NCBI GenBank assembly: GCA_030324005.1
Contig: JARDVH010000169.1
Coordinates: 10,841,224 to 10,905,223 of the forward strand
Origin: Negaprion brevirostris
Lineage: Eukaryota
Length of the DNA: 64,000 nucleotides
Direction of reading: 5' to 3'
The notes below the pieces were generated by a model. That model did not search any database. It worked only from the letters and a program-made list of their open reading frames with translations, and was not told the DNA's origin. The translations under genes and the position numbers were made by a program. How positions within the stretch are numbered: the first letter of the stretch is position 1; the number at the start of each line of letters is the position of its first letter. Shown here one piece after another: positions 23,901 to 37,982 of this stretch.

Positions 23901-25319
23901 TATATTTATAATTGTGGCAATCCGTTTTTTGTTAACTTTAAAATAAATTTGAGAAGACATTGCGATATGATCTGGGACTATAGGAAAGAGTCCATTCAGC
24001 CCCTCAAGCCTGTTCCACTATCCAATTAGACCACAGTTGATTTGCATCTCAATTACATTTTCCCTACCTTAGTTCCATCATCCTGGAAAACTTCACCTAA
24101 CAAAAATCTATCAATCTCAGTCTAAGTCTTGAAAGCTCAAATTGTCCCAGTCTCCACAGCCTTAAGGGGTAGAGAATTCCAAGCCAATTGTAACTGAATA
24201 ACTCAAACTGCATAAATAAATAACTGCAGAGCACAATGAATCTGGTAAATCACAAATCCAGCTATTTTACTTAATGTTCAAGATGAACATTTTTGTTTCT
24301 GGACAGGCTCAAAGGTACCTCAGTGACTTGGCCCACGGGAACGGCTTACATAAATCCTAAAAAAAGTTACATTCCTTCATTAATCTACAAAAAATATACC
24401 CAGTCGCCTCTTTTCAACCAAAATTAAGTTGGCACGGCTGTATGTGTGTTTCAGCTTCCAGCCAGTTCGTCTTTTTGCAAAAACATTTGTAGTATGAATC
24501 AATAGTATATTTATGGCTGCCCACTCACACTGCAGTTAAATATGCTTTGTATTATGGTATCAAGATATTCTTATTGAGCTCAATTCTTTATTCAATCGTT
24601 CCCCAGTGTTTTCTCATTGTAGAGTGCATTGAAACATGAAAATAACATTTTTCAAATGCTATGTGTAAAACAAAAGTATATTATCCCACATGCATGTACA
24701 TAGAGACAATTATTCCAGTTGAAAATGATACTTTTGTAAGTTTCTATAGAGGTTTGTCAACATGAGAGACTTTCTACAGTTTTGTATATTTCTATCACCA
24801 TGATCAAAACTAGTATTCCTTTTCGTGTATTTGACATGGAACCTTCAAAGTAAATGATCCAACATAAAAATATAAATCAAAATGGCAATAAACAACTGTG
24901 GTTAGTATGTGAAGGAATAGCATGGAAAAACAACAACAATTAGGATAAAAATCTATTACTATCTAGTACTTAACGCTGAGTGTTATTTCAAAACCTCTTG
25001 AAATGCTTATATACACCAACTATTGTAATGAGATTATCATGACAATGTAATCAATACTTGTCCATCAAGATGGCTAATATGTTAACTCAAGGACTCTGTA
25101 CAGTTATTTAATTACTTCAATGGGTTGATTTTATGATTCAGCGTATTTTTCAGTGGTTTAGGAAAGTTGTATGAAATATTTCAATGATCTAAGAAAATAT
25201 TGTTTGATGATCATACAAATTACGTTTTTTCTGGATCAATATATGACCAGTAGATTTTAAAGCTGGTTAGGGTTCAACAGTTGTGTTGAGGGAAGCATAT
25301 TAAACATTGAAGTATTTTT

Positions 25320-26640
25320 ACATAGAAGTCATGGCACAGAAACAGGCCATCAGAGCCAATTGTTTCATATTGATGTTTATGCTCCATATGAGCCTCCTCC
25401 CACTCAGCTTTATCTAACTTTATCTGCGTAGTCTTTGATCCCTTTCTCCTCATACACTTATCTCATTTACTGGCATTTACGCTATTTACTTTAACTATTT
25501 CATGTGCTCGCAAGTTCCACATTCTAACCATTCTTGAGAGACTTTCTCTCCTTCTGAAATTTTTCTGAATTTTCTGAAGTTCCTTCTGAATTTTTTATTG
25601 GATTTGTAAGTAGCTATCATATATTTATGGTTTCTTGTATTGGACCCACTACTAAAGTGGAAGTATCTTCACTCGATCTATGCAATGGAAACCTGTCAAT
25701 TTTAAAGATGTTTATGAGACACCTCAGTTTTCTGAAAAAAAACTTTGGCCTATTCACCTTTTCGTGATAGTTATAATCTCTCTGTCTGGGTATCATTCTT
25801 AAAAATTTTCTTTGCGCCATGGGGCTGACTTGGTGGCACAGTGGTTAGTACTGCTGCCTTACAGCTCTAGGGACCTGGGTTCGATTCCGGCCTTGCATGA
25901 CTGTGTGGAGTTTGTGCGTTCTCCCTGTATTTGTGCGAGTTTCTTACAGGTGCTCCCACAGTCCAAAGATGTGCAGTTTAGGTAGATTAGCCATGGTAAA
26001 TATGCAGGGTTATGAGTGGAGGAAGGAGCCAGGGTAAGAGTTGTTGCAGACCTGATGAGCCGAATGGCCTCCTGTATCAGAATGCACGATACTGATTCTA
26101 TGGATCATTGTACAGTCCCTTGATATTCTTCTTGTAATTTAACACTGCAACTTTTCACAATATTCTGTGTATGGTCTATCCAAAATTGTATGCAAATTTC
26201 ATATAATTTCCTTGTTTTTTAGTTCGATTCCTTTAGGAATGAACCACACTACTTGGTTTACATCTTTTAATGACCTTGTCAACTTGCATCGTTACTCTTA
26301 ATGATTTGTATAGCTGTAGCTTTTGATCACTTCTCCCCTCTACCTCAGTCAGATTGTTTTTTCCCAAGGAGTATGTGACCTCATTTCTGAATCTACCCAA
26401 ATGCACCACTTTACATTGATAGAGATACATTTTATTTGTTATTTACACTCCCTACTCTGCAAGTTCATTAACATTTTGTATTTTGTCAGCCTCCCTCTGG
26501 TATCATTTGCAAATTTTGAAATTGTATTTTGACTCCCAAGTTCCAATTGTCCAAAAAGTAGGTGAACTAGAGGTCTCAGCACTGATTCCTATGGAACACC
26601 ACTTCCCATCTACTGTCAGTCCAAGTAACTACCTTTTTCA
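25320..26640 (-). mobile_element. Decayed CR1 LINE with an oppositely oriented HE1 SINE (25821-26100, +)
   Basis: Tail catagaagtcatggcacagaaacaggccat; peptide remnant CKVVHLGR; SINE head ggtggcacagtggttagtactgctgcc. Confidence 0.7.
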
Positions 26641-26992
26641 TAGAGTCCCTACAGTGCAGAAGGCCATTTGGCCCATCAAGTCTGCACCGATCACAGTCAT
26701 ACCCAGGCCATATTTCCGTAACCCCACATATTTACCCTGCTAATCCGTCACCCCACATATTTACCCTGCTAGGGTCGATTTAACCTGGTNNNNNNNNNNN
26801 NNNNNNNNNNNNNNNNNNNNNNNNNNNNNNNNNNNNNNNNNNNNNNNNNNNNNNNNNNNNNNNNNNNNNNNNNNNNNNNNNNNNNNNNNAGTGGGTAAAT
26901 ATGTAGGGATATGGGGGTAGGGCCTGGGTGGGATTGTGGTCGGTGCAGACTCGATGGGTCGAATGGTCTCTTTTTGTACTGTAGGATTTCTA
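26639..26992. mobile_element. Two inverted HE1 3' fragments flanking an N-gap
   Basis: Minus-strand tail at 26639-26789 (internal duplication of accccacatatttaccctgcta) and plus-strand tail at 26890-26992. Confidence 0.7.
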
Positions 26993-27269
26993 TTTCCATG
27001 TTTAAATGAAACCCCACCAACTCTTCATTTTCAAATTCAAAACCCACTTAAAACAAAAGATGGGAGAAGAATCCAATTGCTTAATGGGATTATTACAGTA
27101 ATTTGCTTGTACCATGACTCAACGCTGATGTGAGGTCACATCATATCCAGGTAACAGATATCGACAGTTCAAACTGACTTTTGAGAGAAACACCTTCAGG
27201 GATTTCACGACCAGCCTCTATCAGAGAGAAAATCCTGCAAAGAATCACCTGCCACTGTAGTCAGCTAAG

Positions 27270-27480
27270 CAGTCAAAAGACAGTACCACACCAAGCGAGA
27301 GTCCAGGCTAGCCACAAGGACCCCCGCCGACTGTGGCAAGGCCTGCAAGATATAACAGGCTACAAGATAAAGGCAGGTAAAATGCCAACTCCAATATATC
27401 CCTCCCTGATGAGCTCAATGCATTCTTTGTCCATTTTGGGCAAGAGGTCAGTGAGAGCATGCCCTGCAAGCCTCGGGCAA
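27270..27480 (+). mobile_element. Rex1/Babar LINE internal fragment
   Basis: Peptide QASHKDPRRLWQGLQDITGYK, then a frameshifted LPDELNAF, typical of the pre-RT region of Rex1-type ORFs. Confidence 0.65.
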
Positions 27481-27590
27481 ACTTGTATCCACAAACTTGT
27501 GTTGCCTGCTCATTTCTGAGGTTTTTGCATCAAGCCTGCGCTGATTGCCTGGTCATTAGTGCATCTGGGGGTGTTCTGGCAGAGAGATAA

Positions 27591-27908
27591 TCATAGAATC
27601 ATAGAATCCTACTGTATAGAACGAGTCCATTTGGCCTGTCAAGCCTGCGCTGGCAAAAATCCACCCAGGCCTTATCCCTATAACCCCACTTATTTACCAT
27701 GCTAATCACTCTCACACTAAGGAACAATTTTGTATGGTCAATCAACCTAACCCGCACATCTTTAGAGTGTGGGAGGAAACCAGAGCACCCAGGGGAAACC
27801 CCATGCAGATACTGGGAGAATGTCTGTGTTGAGTTGCAGTCACCCAAGGCCAGAATTGAACCCGAGTCCCTGGCACTGTGAGGCAGCAGTGCTAACCACT
27901 ATGACACC
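27591..27908 (-). mobile_element. HE1-type SINE, near full length
   Basis: Repeated catagaat tail units, V-domain, and head ending ggcagcagtgctaaccac. Confidence 0.85.
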
Positions 27909-27919
27909 CTTGTTTTATA

Positions 27920-28700
27920 CCTATCTTGTTGTCCCTATATCATACCTGTCCCGATCCACATGCTCTAACCTTAGCCACATGCCTACTATAAGGTACCTTA
28001 AGATCCAAAGGGACAACATCTATTCTTTCTGTTGAATTCAGTGTGTTAAGAACGGCCATCCTTTTGAAAAGCATTTGGCTATTCTTTGTTATATTTTTGG
28101 TTTTGAGATGATTTTCTATTGCACCTTTGAGTAACGGTCCCATTATTATCATTCCCATCATTATGAATATTCCCTCAATTTTTTTTAAATGCATAACATC
28201 TTTAGTTTTGTTGTGCTGTCGCCATGCATTCGTCATTAGACACCAGCTTGTGCTCCCCCTGCATGGGGCATTCTCAGTTGTTGCTGGATGACTCAACTAA
28301 GGGGGAACATTGCCACTAATAAGCTGTGTAATCTAATGTTTTTTGGACTTGCTCTAGCTCCATTTTTAAATATAGGAATAATGTTCTTTAGTCCTCTGGC
28401 ACTACAACATTTTCTAATGAATTTTTAGAATTATATGATGGTGCCTCTACTATCTCTTTCCTAGCTGCTTTTAATATGCACGTACTGACCAGGGATTTTA
28501 TCTTAAGCTTCACTATTTTATAAATTATCTCCTCCATTTCCTGTCTTGGAGGTCTTGACATTTTTTTGATGTTTTCTTCTAATGTCAAGTTTGCCCTGTA
28601 GTCTCCCTAATAAATGCTGAGGCAAAGTACTTATTCAATTCTGTCATTACCTGCGACTTTATCTTATGCACTCTAATGGCCCTATCATGAGTTTTCCTTT
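27920..28700 (-). mobile_element. Decayed CR1 LINE (pre-RT/RT)
   Basis: Remnant peptides ILKAARKEIVEAP..SLENVVVPED and IENHLKTKNITKNSQ. Confidence 0.65.
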
Positions 28701-29315
28701 GTCATTTATTTAAAAATTTTTTTCCTATTTTAACATAATCTCAAAGTTATAAATTATGATTACTGAATTGCTTGTCATGAGGGAGGCAATTAATTTTCCA
28801 GATTGATTATTCAAATTCATAATTGCATTTGCTGTTTTACTATTCAATGCTAACATTAAATGGGGAGTTGATAAATGCCGCTATAAAATTTCTTCTAAAG
28901 TTGAGCCGGAAATGGATTTGTAAATGAACTTCTCCCTGATAAGTGTACAAGTAGTGATTGAGAAAAATCAAAATTGTAATGCTGCATTTGAACACCAATC
29001 ACCAGATTGCAAAAAATCATGGAATGTAAACATTCCAATTAAATTTCACTCTTTTAGAAATTGTGTTCTTTTAATTAGGTCTTCAATAAGGCAATTTTCA
29101 TTGTGCAACAATATGAAGTTATATCTTTATTATTGCTTTTCCATGTCTTTTTGCCTCCATTGGTCTGTTTTTGTTTTCTTTTGCCTCTGCTAAGAGATTA
29201 CATGGCTCTGGGTAAGTGGGGAGTCTCTGTGTTGTAATGTATGATGCATGAAACTATAAAGAACAGTGCATCTTTTCCTGTCCATCATTTCCATATGTTT
29301 GTACAACAGTAGGCC

Positions 29316-29757
29316 AATAGCACAGTGATATTGTTAATGGACCAATAAGCCAGAGGCCTGAACAAATGCTCTGGAGACATGAGTTCAAATCCTACCATGG
29401 TAGCTAAGGGAATTTAAATTTAATTAATAAATCTGAAATAAAATGCTAGTTTCATTAATAATGATCACGAAACTGCTGGATTGTGGTAAGAACCCATCTG
29501 GTTCACTAATGGCCTTCAGGGATGGGGGATAAATCATTCACCCTTACCCAGTCTCGTTTACACATGACTCAGATCCTAACTGGCCTTTGAAATGGCATGG
29601 CAAGCCACTTGGTTACACCAAATCACTACAGAGAAAAAGCACTGTGCATCTACCGACACCCCATGACTCCAGTGGTTCAAGGCAGTGGCTCACAGGCAGT
29701 TAGGGATGGGCAACAAATGCCAGCCTTACCATCAATGTCTACATTCCATGAAAAAAG
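29316..29757 (+). mobile_element. tRNA-derived SINE, Meta-domain-like family
   Basis: B box gagttcaaatcc; core aacccatctggttcactaatggccttcaggg; tail tagggatgggcaacaaatgccagcc. Confidence 0.75.
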
Positions 29758-29892
29758 TATTAAAATCCTAAACTGCTGAACGGAGTACTTGATATTAAAT
29801 CTGAACTGAGTTTTAATTCAGGTAACCAGAGCATTAAATCTACAATAGATTCATTCTATCATAATCAGTTAAACAGGTAAAAGATGAACTAA

Positions 29893-30200
29893 TATAAGAA
29901 CATAAGAAATAGGAGCAGGAGTAGGCCATCCAGCCCTTCGAGCCTGCCCCGCCATTCAATAAGATCNNNNNNNNNNNNNNNNNNNNNNNNNNNNNNNNNN
30001 NNNNNNNNNNNNNNNNNNNNNNNNNNNNNNNNNNNNNNNNNNNNNNNNNNNNNNNNNNNNNNNNNNTCAGGCCAACCCCATCCCACCTGAACAGGTCCCA
30101 CCTACCCCAATACTGATGCCAATGCCCCATAAATTCAAACCCAGTCCTCCCACACCAATCCCTGAGCCACCCATTCACTTCCTTAATCTCATCAACCTTC
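29893..30200 (-). mobile_element. Young CR1 LINE, probably near full length, collapsed into a 100-N gap
   Basis: 3' tail on the left of the gap; ORF1 esterase-like peptide EIKEVNGWLRDWCGRTGFEFMGHWHQYWGRWDLFRWDG on the right. Confidence 0.8.
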
Positions 30201-30499
30201 GGCCCGTAGGAGTGGCATAAAACCCTGTTGCAACCAGGATCGTAGTATAATATTGAAGACCTGCTTAGAGAACAGCCAGAAGCATTTAATATTAATCTGA
30301 TGCTATTACTGGGCACAAGGTACCTTACCTATGTCACCATAAAGCCCAAAATTGAAAAATAACCAAGAGCCACAAACAGTTACAGATGCAGTCCACCCTT
30401 GTTACAAATTCAAAGGGACAAAGCAAAGATGTTTCTGCCTCAGTTGATTTTAAGACTCTGGCCTGACTATGGGAAGTTGATTTTGGAGAGATTCAAGAT

Positions 30500-32200
30500 C
30501 AGAATCATTTACGGCTTAGGAGGCCATTCGGCCCAGTGGGTCCAGGTAGGCTCTTTGTGGAGCGATCCAGTAAGCCCCATCCCCCTATTTGGACCCCAAA
30601 GCCTGGCAAGTTTATTTCTTTCAGATGCCCATGTAATTTCCTGTTGAAATCACTATTTCCACTCCCACCACTCGAGTGGGCAGCAAATTCCAAGCAATTA
30701 CCACTCACTGTGTGAAAAAGTTCTTTCTCACAATCTCATAGCATCCTTTGCCCAGAGTCTTAAATCTGTGGCTCCTAGAGCATGTACAGCTAACGGGAAG
30801 AGTTTTTCCTAGTCTACCGTATTGAAACCTGTAATAATTTTTTAATCCTCAAGCAAATCTCCTTTGTTCAAAAGAACAACCCAACTTTTCCAATTAAACC
30901 TTGTAATTAAAATCCACCAACTTGGAATCAACCTGGCAAATCTCCTCTGCACCCTCTCCAGAATCTTCACATCTTTCCTACAGTGCGATAACCAGAGCTG
31001 GATGCAATACTCTACTGAGGCTCCTGAGAGCCTCTACAAGTTCAGCACAACTTCTGTACACAATACATCTCTAAGTAGTTCACAATCCTATAAGTTTTGC
31101 TCACTAGTCTCTCAATAAATCCTGTCATCTTCAAAGGTTGATGCACATGCATCTTCCAGCTCCTCTGTCCTTGTTTGCTTTTCAGAATTGTGCCATTAAG
31201 TCTCCCTATCCCATTGGCCAAAATGCATTACTTCACACTTGTCTATTGAATTTCACCTGCCATTTGTTTGCCCATTCTGCTAGTCTATGTCTTGTTGAAG
31301 GCAATCTACATCATCCTCACCATTTGCCACCACTGCAAGTTTGGTATCAATAGCAAATTTTGAAAATTTTACTCCATTTCTAAGATAAAAGTCATTTATA
31401 CATCACAAACAAACATAAGTCCTAGCACTGACTCTTGAGGAACATCAAAGTCTACAACTCTTCCAGTTCGAAATTCAACCATCCACAACTGCTTTCTATC
31501 ATTAAGCCAATTTTTTATCCAATTGCACACAGCCTCTCCTTTCCAGAAGACTCAGTTTTATAACCAACCTTTTATGTGGTATTTTGTCAAACGTTTCTTA
31601 AAATTCAGGTAGACAACATCCATAGCATTCCCTTCAATAACCTTCTCTGCGACTTCATCAAAAAATTACATTAGATTTATCAATCATGATCAGCCTTTTA
31701 CAAATCTCTACTGGCTCTTATCTCAAACCCCCCTATAAGATGATATACTTTTTCCTTTTACTAAGGATTCCAAAATCTTACCCATAACTGACATTAGATT
31801 AACTGGCCTGTAGTTGATATTACTGTCTTTGCACCCTTTCTTGAATAAGGATGTCACATTTGCATCCTCTTGTATCTCCCCGATATCATAGGGAATTTTG
31901 AAAAAGTAAGACAATCCTTTTCATTGTCTCCACTCCCATGTCTTTTAACAACCTGGGCTTGCAAGCCATCTGGTTCAGTGATATATCTACCCCAAGCATT
32001 GCCAGCCTATCCCAATATCCTCTCCCTTTAAATTTTCACAGTATTAATTGCCTTCATTATTTCTGTTTTGATTAATATTTTGTCAAATTTCCTACTTAGT
32101 AAATACCAATACAAAGAACTTATTAAGTATGCTATCCTTGCCCTTCATCTCTAAGCATATATCACTCTCTGTGTCCCTACTGGACCCAATCCACCACTAT
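30500..32200 (-). mobile_element. Decayed CR1 LINE (~1.7 kb)
   Basis: Peptide ANVTSLFKKGCKD..NYRPVNLMSVMGKILES; CR1-type tail ggaggccattcggccc at ~30520. Confidence 0.8.
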
Positions 32201-32579
32201 TTCAATTTTTGGGTTACCTTTGGTCAAAGATGGCAATGTATAAGTGGACCCAGTGTGGAAGACAACCCTGTTTTTATGGCCTCATGTTTTTGCATTTACA
32301 CAATATAAAGTTGTCCCATTGCTTTATAGCTTTCCCATTCTCTCAGTGCTCTCAGATCTGCTGTGTGGTTTCAGTGGACATTGTTTTTGAAGGTGATATG
32401 CTGCTACTTGTTCTTCTGTTCTCTAATTATTTTAAATTAGTCAATAATTAATTCCTATGTAAGAATGCTTTCCGAATCCACCAATAACTGAAGATTATTA
32501 GCATTTTAAATGCTACCAGCATGTTCAAAGGTGTAACTATTTAATTTCTTGATAGGAAAATTACTAAAGGCAAGGAAAC

Positions 32580-33433
32580 ATCTACGAGAATCATCTTTGT
32601 TTATTGTCAATATCAAATTATAAAGAAAAGAATGTTGTTGTCATAACGGCATACAGTTGTCTTTCTTTGAACAATATTACAGATGTCCAAATAACTCCAG
32701 AGCTTTAGGATTTTAAAAACTGTGCGTTTGTAGATTTGATTTGGTATTTTACAGCAACATTTGCCTGCATAAATATTTCTGTGCCTCACTTGATTTTATT
32801 TTCACTATATAAGTTTGCTTTTCTGAATAAACTCAAAAACAGAAGATACTGAGGTAATCTGCTAAATGGAAACCATTTCATGATGATAATTTGTACATCT
32901 TTCAAATGACAAAAAGCTTGAGGTCAGTTACAACTCTCATTTGGGTTGAATATAAAAACTGTCAAAATAAACTCAAGACTAAACAAGTTATGCAATTTGA
33001 AGCTATTCTCCATAAAACAGCCAACATAGTTTTTAACCTCATGCTTTCATCCATTACGAATGCCATAATTATTGTCAGGTGGATAATAAAATTAACTACT
33101 AAAACATTCACCACCAAAATCAACATTTCATGGTTTCAGTTAGAGATGCAAATAAAAATCATGAAAAAACAAATCAAGAAGGTAGTTTATGATCACCAAC
33201 TTGATCAAAATATTTTCAAGGCCTTGTCATCTACTCTTAAGGGGTTCACATTTTTTTGGATATTAGTTTTTACTAGCAGATTGACAAAAACAAATGAAAA
33301 GCTAAATACAGAATTCTTAATGCAGGTTGTGGGAAGAAAGGAGAGAGGTTACTTTTTAAATGGATAGCAGTTCCTGTTCGTAGATTTAACAAAGGGCTTC
33401 TTGATCCCACTAATTTTTACATTAATGAAAACA
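32580..33433 (-). other. adk: adk 3'UTR with candidate poly(A) signals
   Basis: Repeat-free AT-rich stretch after the stop codon; minus-strand AATAAA at 32795-32800 and 32600-32605. The 3' end is inferred. Confidence 0.55.
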
Positions 33434-33580
<147 letters not shown>

Positions 33581-36429
33581 TTAACAACAGGCAAGAGGAT
33601 TAAAAAAGCTTTATGTTGCAACTAAATATACCACATTTTTGCTTCGGCCATGGATGCATGCAAGATACTTGATTATATTTCATGTTGATAAAATTAGCCT
33701 TTTCTAAAATCTTCAGCACCTTTGTCTTTGGGAAGTGGCCAGCTTATCAAGGTCAGAAGTACTAAGAAATTGCAGTTTTTCTTTTCATAACTTAAAAAAT
33801 GTTAATTAATGATTTGTTTCTGTTTTATGTATGGCATTTGAGTTAATGAGATGCAGTGTGACATATTTTGAAGCTTGATGTTTCAAGATGAGCCAGACAC
33901 ATGTCAAAATTAGTGGGAAGGTTCCTTGACTTCCCTTGGTGTTCAAGGAATCCCATAACATGCACTGAGACACAGAAACAAGAAAATTCACTAGTTTCAT
34001 CTCCTGGTCTGTGGTAAATTAGTAGATCTCAGATGGTAATGGTTCCTTTAACAATTAGACTCAAGCATTACCCAAAATAATGGTGTGGGAGGGGTTAGGC
34101 TAGGACTTGATGCTGATGCCTCCCACAGTTCAGCAGTTTGCCAACATTCACTTTAATGAAGATTGCCCACGTAGGCAAGGAACTAGAAACTGCTTTTGCC
34201 TTAAAATACCATTATTCGCAAGAGGTTAACTGCTTGGTTTGGGTGAGGATGGGGGGGCAGTAGTGATTAAATAGCATTATTCTTCATCTTTTCAAAAAGA
34301 TAAAAATAACTGCAACTTTTAATGGTAACATGGATTTCTCTTTGAATGTAGGGACATCTGTTTCCCCTTTTCCTTATATTGTTAAATTTAATTCCAAGAG
34401 TTATTAGTCTGGCACACCATGATGGTCTTTTTTTCATTCTAAATTATTTATCAATGATTAGGTGAGGTAAAAATGAACAACAAATATGCTTAAGTAATCA
34501 CTGAGTTAAGGGAAGATTTATTTAAATATTCAAGTCACACACACGTATAAATCAGTTTTAGGAAGATTATTAAATTAATGAGTAATTGGGATGAGGGGCA
34601 AATAATTATTGCTCATCACATCATCTGAATGAAGGAAAATAAATGTGATCAAAAGCCATATTTTCAATGTTTTTATTTTTGAAGCATCATTTGTCACCCT
34701 TATTCTTTCTCAAGTACATTTAAATAAAGCCAAAACATGATGAAATAAAAAACTGCGACGAAATCTATCTACTCTGACACACTGCTGAGTACCAATTTCC
34801 TTCTCTTGCAGTTAAATCAATATGGTGTTTGAGTAAACAAAGTTAAAGCTTTATTAGAGTGGTCTGCTTGTTCTGTAACAGCTACTTGATGTCCTGGTTA
34901 CAATTCAGCCTAACACATAAGTAATCAGTTGTTAACTGAACAAAAGTACCCAGAAACTGGAGCACTTGTAAGCACCTATAATACCTGTATATAAATGCTC
35001 CAAAATTCTGTAACACTAGGTGCTTTGAGCTTGGTTGTCTATTATCACATTCCCTAAATGATTTACTGCCAACATTTTTGCCAGAAATATGGTTCATCAG
35101 TAAAATTGCAAATTAGAAAAAGACAGAGACTAATTGAATTTATGGTTTGTACTAATTATCATGAACTGTTTTGGCTTAAAACATTGTCTGAAAAACAATA
35201 TCCTATGAGTCAATTCACCTATGAGTTGGCTTATTACTAGCTTCTTTTTTTCAAAATGATGACATGTAAACTGAGTAAGATTACAAAACCATTTGAACCA
35301 GGCTTTGGCCTGAACTGCTAGCAGCTTAAGGATCAATAGATATGTAATGAATTCAATAATTTTACATCTTTTGTCACAAACGTGGTACCCATTTACAAAG
35401 CAGCTGTATTTTTATTAAGCTAGTGATCTATTGTAATCCCACAGGGAAATTAACTTAGCACTGGAAATACAAGTATTTTCAATATATTATGTTGACTTCA
35501 CATACAACAAAACTATAATGTAAAATAATGTGTTTTCTTTCCTTTTTCTTCATAGTCCTCAATTAGTTCTCCCAATTCAAATGCTTATCATCCCACTGAG
35601 TTTGCACTAATAAGACATTTAAAATTCCACCTGATGGGCATCTGAAATTTCATTTGCTAGGCATGTTGCTTCCATGCCAACTACCTTTTGGATTTTATAA
35701 ATATTGCCGACAGATATCAATACAAGCATTGTATTGATAGTATTAAAAGGCAGTTCACAAATTTCATTTTAATCAATGAAAATATACATCCTGTTGAGGA
35801 ATAAAAACAACAAAAGAAAACTGGTCCATTTGTGCCTAATAAGGGAAGTTAAAGAATAGCAAGTCTGAGAAGTGAAAGGATGGGCATGAAATTGATAGAA
35901 AATAGAAAACAGATAATTAAAGCTTCTATTAGTATGTAAAAAGGAAACGATTAGTGGAAGTAAATGTGGCTCCCTTACATGTAGAGACAGAAGGAATTCC
36001 AATGAGGAACAAAGAAACAAATTCTTTGTATCTGGAGACAAAAATATTTCAGAAATAGTGGGCAACCAAGCATCCAGCAATCCTGCTCCTATTTTGTTTG
36101 CTCTTCTGCTTGCACAGCATTCAACTACATTTGTTATCAATTAAAACTTTAGTGTAGCATTTCAGTCATAGTATGCTAACTTTTGAAAGTGTTGCACCAG
36201 AGATTGGAAGGCTGTGCGTTTCTGGATAATTCTCCATGTTGTAATTCTCAGGATCATCGAGAATTTCAGATTCTGAGAAATGGAACTGCCAATCGGAAAG
36301 AAAGTCATCATCACAGGCTGTTCATGTGCCTGTCCTCGAATAGTAGACTGAAATCAGCAGTCAGAGGACCATGAAACAAATCATCCACTTGCCCTCCCTC
36401 CTGGTTAGGGAATTACATGTTATATTGAA

Positions 36430-37300
36430 TCTATAGCTCAGAACCACACCATTTTAGTCCAGCTGGTTACTGCCAGATTTTATGTTTCTCCTTTATATCT
36501 CTCTATTCCCTTCTTTCTCACACATGCAACAAGACTCCCCTTAAATGCTTCAGTGCTCTCTGTTTCGGCAAATGCAACATTCTCTGAAAATAAGTTTCTC
36601 CTAGGTTCTTTATTTGGCCTGATCATGTCCATCTCATGCCTGCTTGATTTGGACACTGGCTGGTGCAAACTATTTATCTACATCCATATTATTACTTCAT
36701 TACCTTTCTTTGAATATCTTACTGAGGTCTCCTCTTAGTCTTTTAATTTCCTGAGGACAGAGCTCAAGCCTGCTCAATCTTTTCTGATGATTGCCTCTTT
36801 ACATTTTGGTAACATTGTTGTGAATCTATTGCTTCAATTCAATTTAGTAGAAACCAGAACTGTACATAGTACTTCAAAGTGTGATTTAACCAAGGTTAAA
36901 GTTTATCATCTTCCTCCTTCCGTATTCTCTTTCTATAACAAAAGACTGTAGTATTTTGCTTGCACTCTTTATAGTCTCATCAACTCGTACTACTACGTTT
37001 AGCAATTTATTCGTCTATATTTCCAGACCTCTTCTTCTAAACCATTTATTATCTTAGTTTCTAGGAATAAATGGTTTCCTTATTCCTCCTATCAAAATGA
37101 ACTACTACACACTTGCTATACTGACTTTGATAGGCCATTCCTCCACCCACTCAAAGCCTGTTTGTGTCTTCCTCTATATTAGTGTAGTTCTTAAATCAAT
37201 TAGCGATACCCCTGCAGTTTGGTGTCATTTGCAAATGTTAGCAGCACACACTTCCTGTTCCCAAAATCAAATCATTTCTGTATATGGTAAACAACAATGG
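36430..37300 (-). mobile_element. Highly decayed CR1 LINE 3' portion in the last adk intron
   Basis: tttggtgtcatttgcaaat (reverse of FADDTK), ccagaactgtacatagtacttc (reverse of EYCVQFW), ccttaaatgcttc. Confidence 0.6.
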
Positions 37301-37519
37301 TACTCCTCTAGCAATACAAATGTACACTAGTATATAAATATTCCTTTTGTTAAACTGAATACCAAGTTAAATATTTCCGGTTATAATTTTGGCACAAATC
37401 AGTTTCATAGTGTTTAAATGAGCAATGATCCCTGATTGCTTGAATTGCTCCTGTACTGGTTTGAATAAGGATAGGAAGATAACAAACATGTAGGGTTTAA
37501 GTTGATACAGCATTTTTCA

Positions 37520-37711
<192 letters not shown>

Positions 37712-37982
37712 CTATCAACTGGAATTCTCCACTAAGCAGAATTTCTCATGTTTACGAATTGTCACTTTGCCATCTGGAATTACAAAGTGAATGTAGATCC
37801 AAGGCCACAATCAAATGAACCATTATCTTACTGAATGGTGGATCAGGCTCGAGGGGCTGAATGGCTTAAATGTGGTCCTAATTTGTACATTTGTAAGTTA
37901 CCCAGAACACACTGTACTCATTTATGTTTTAATGCACTGTTGAAGATTTGGAAGTAAAAACAATATGTTTCTTTACTTAAAT

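Noticed and set aside
32891-33367. 158-aa plus-strand ORF
   Set aside because: Non-ATG start, AT-rich low-information peptide with no recognisable family, antisense to the adk 3'UTR.
35715-35739. Perfect 11-bp palindrome tatcaatacaa-gca-ttgtattgata
   Set aside because: Isolated, AT-rich and too short for a pre-miRNA; plausible by chance in 64 kb.
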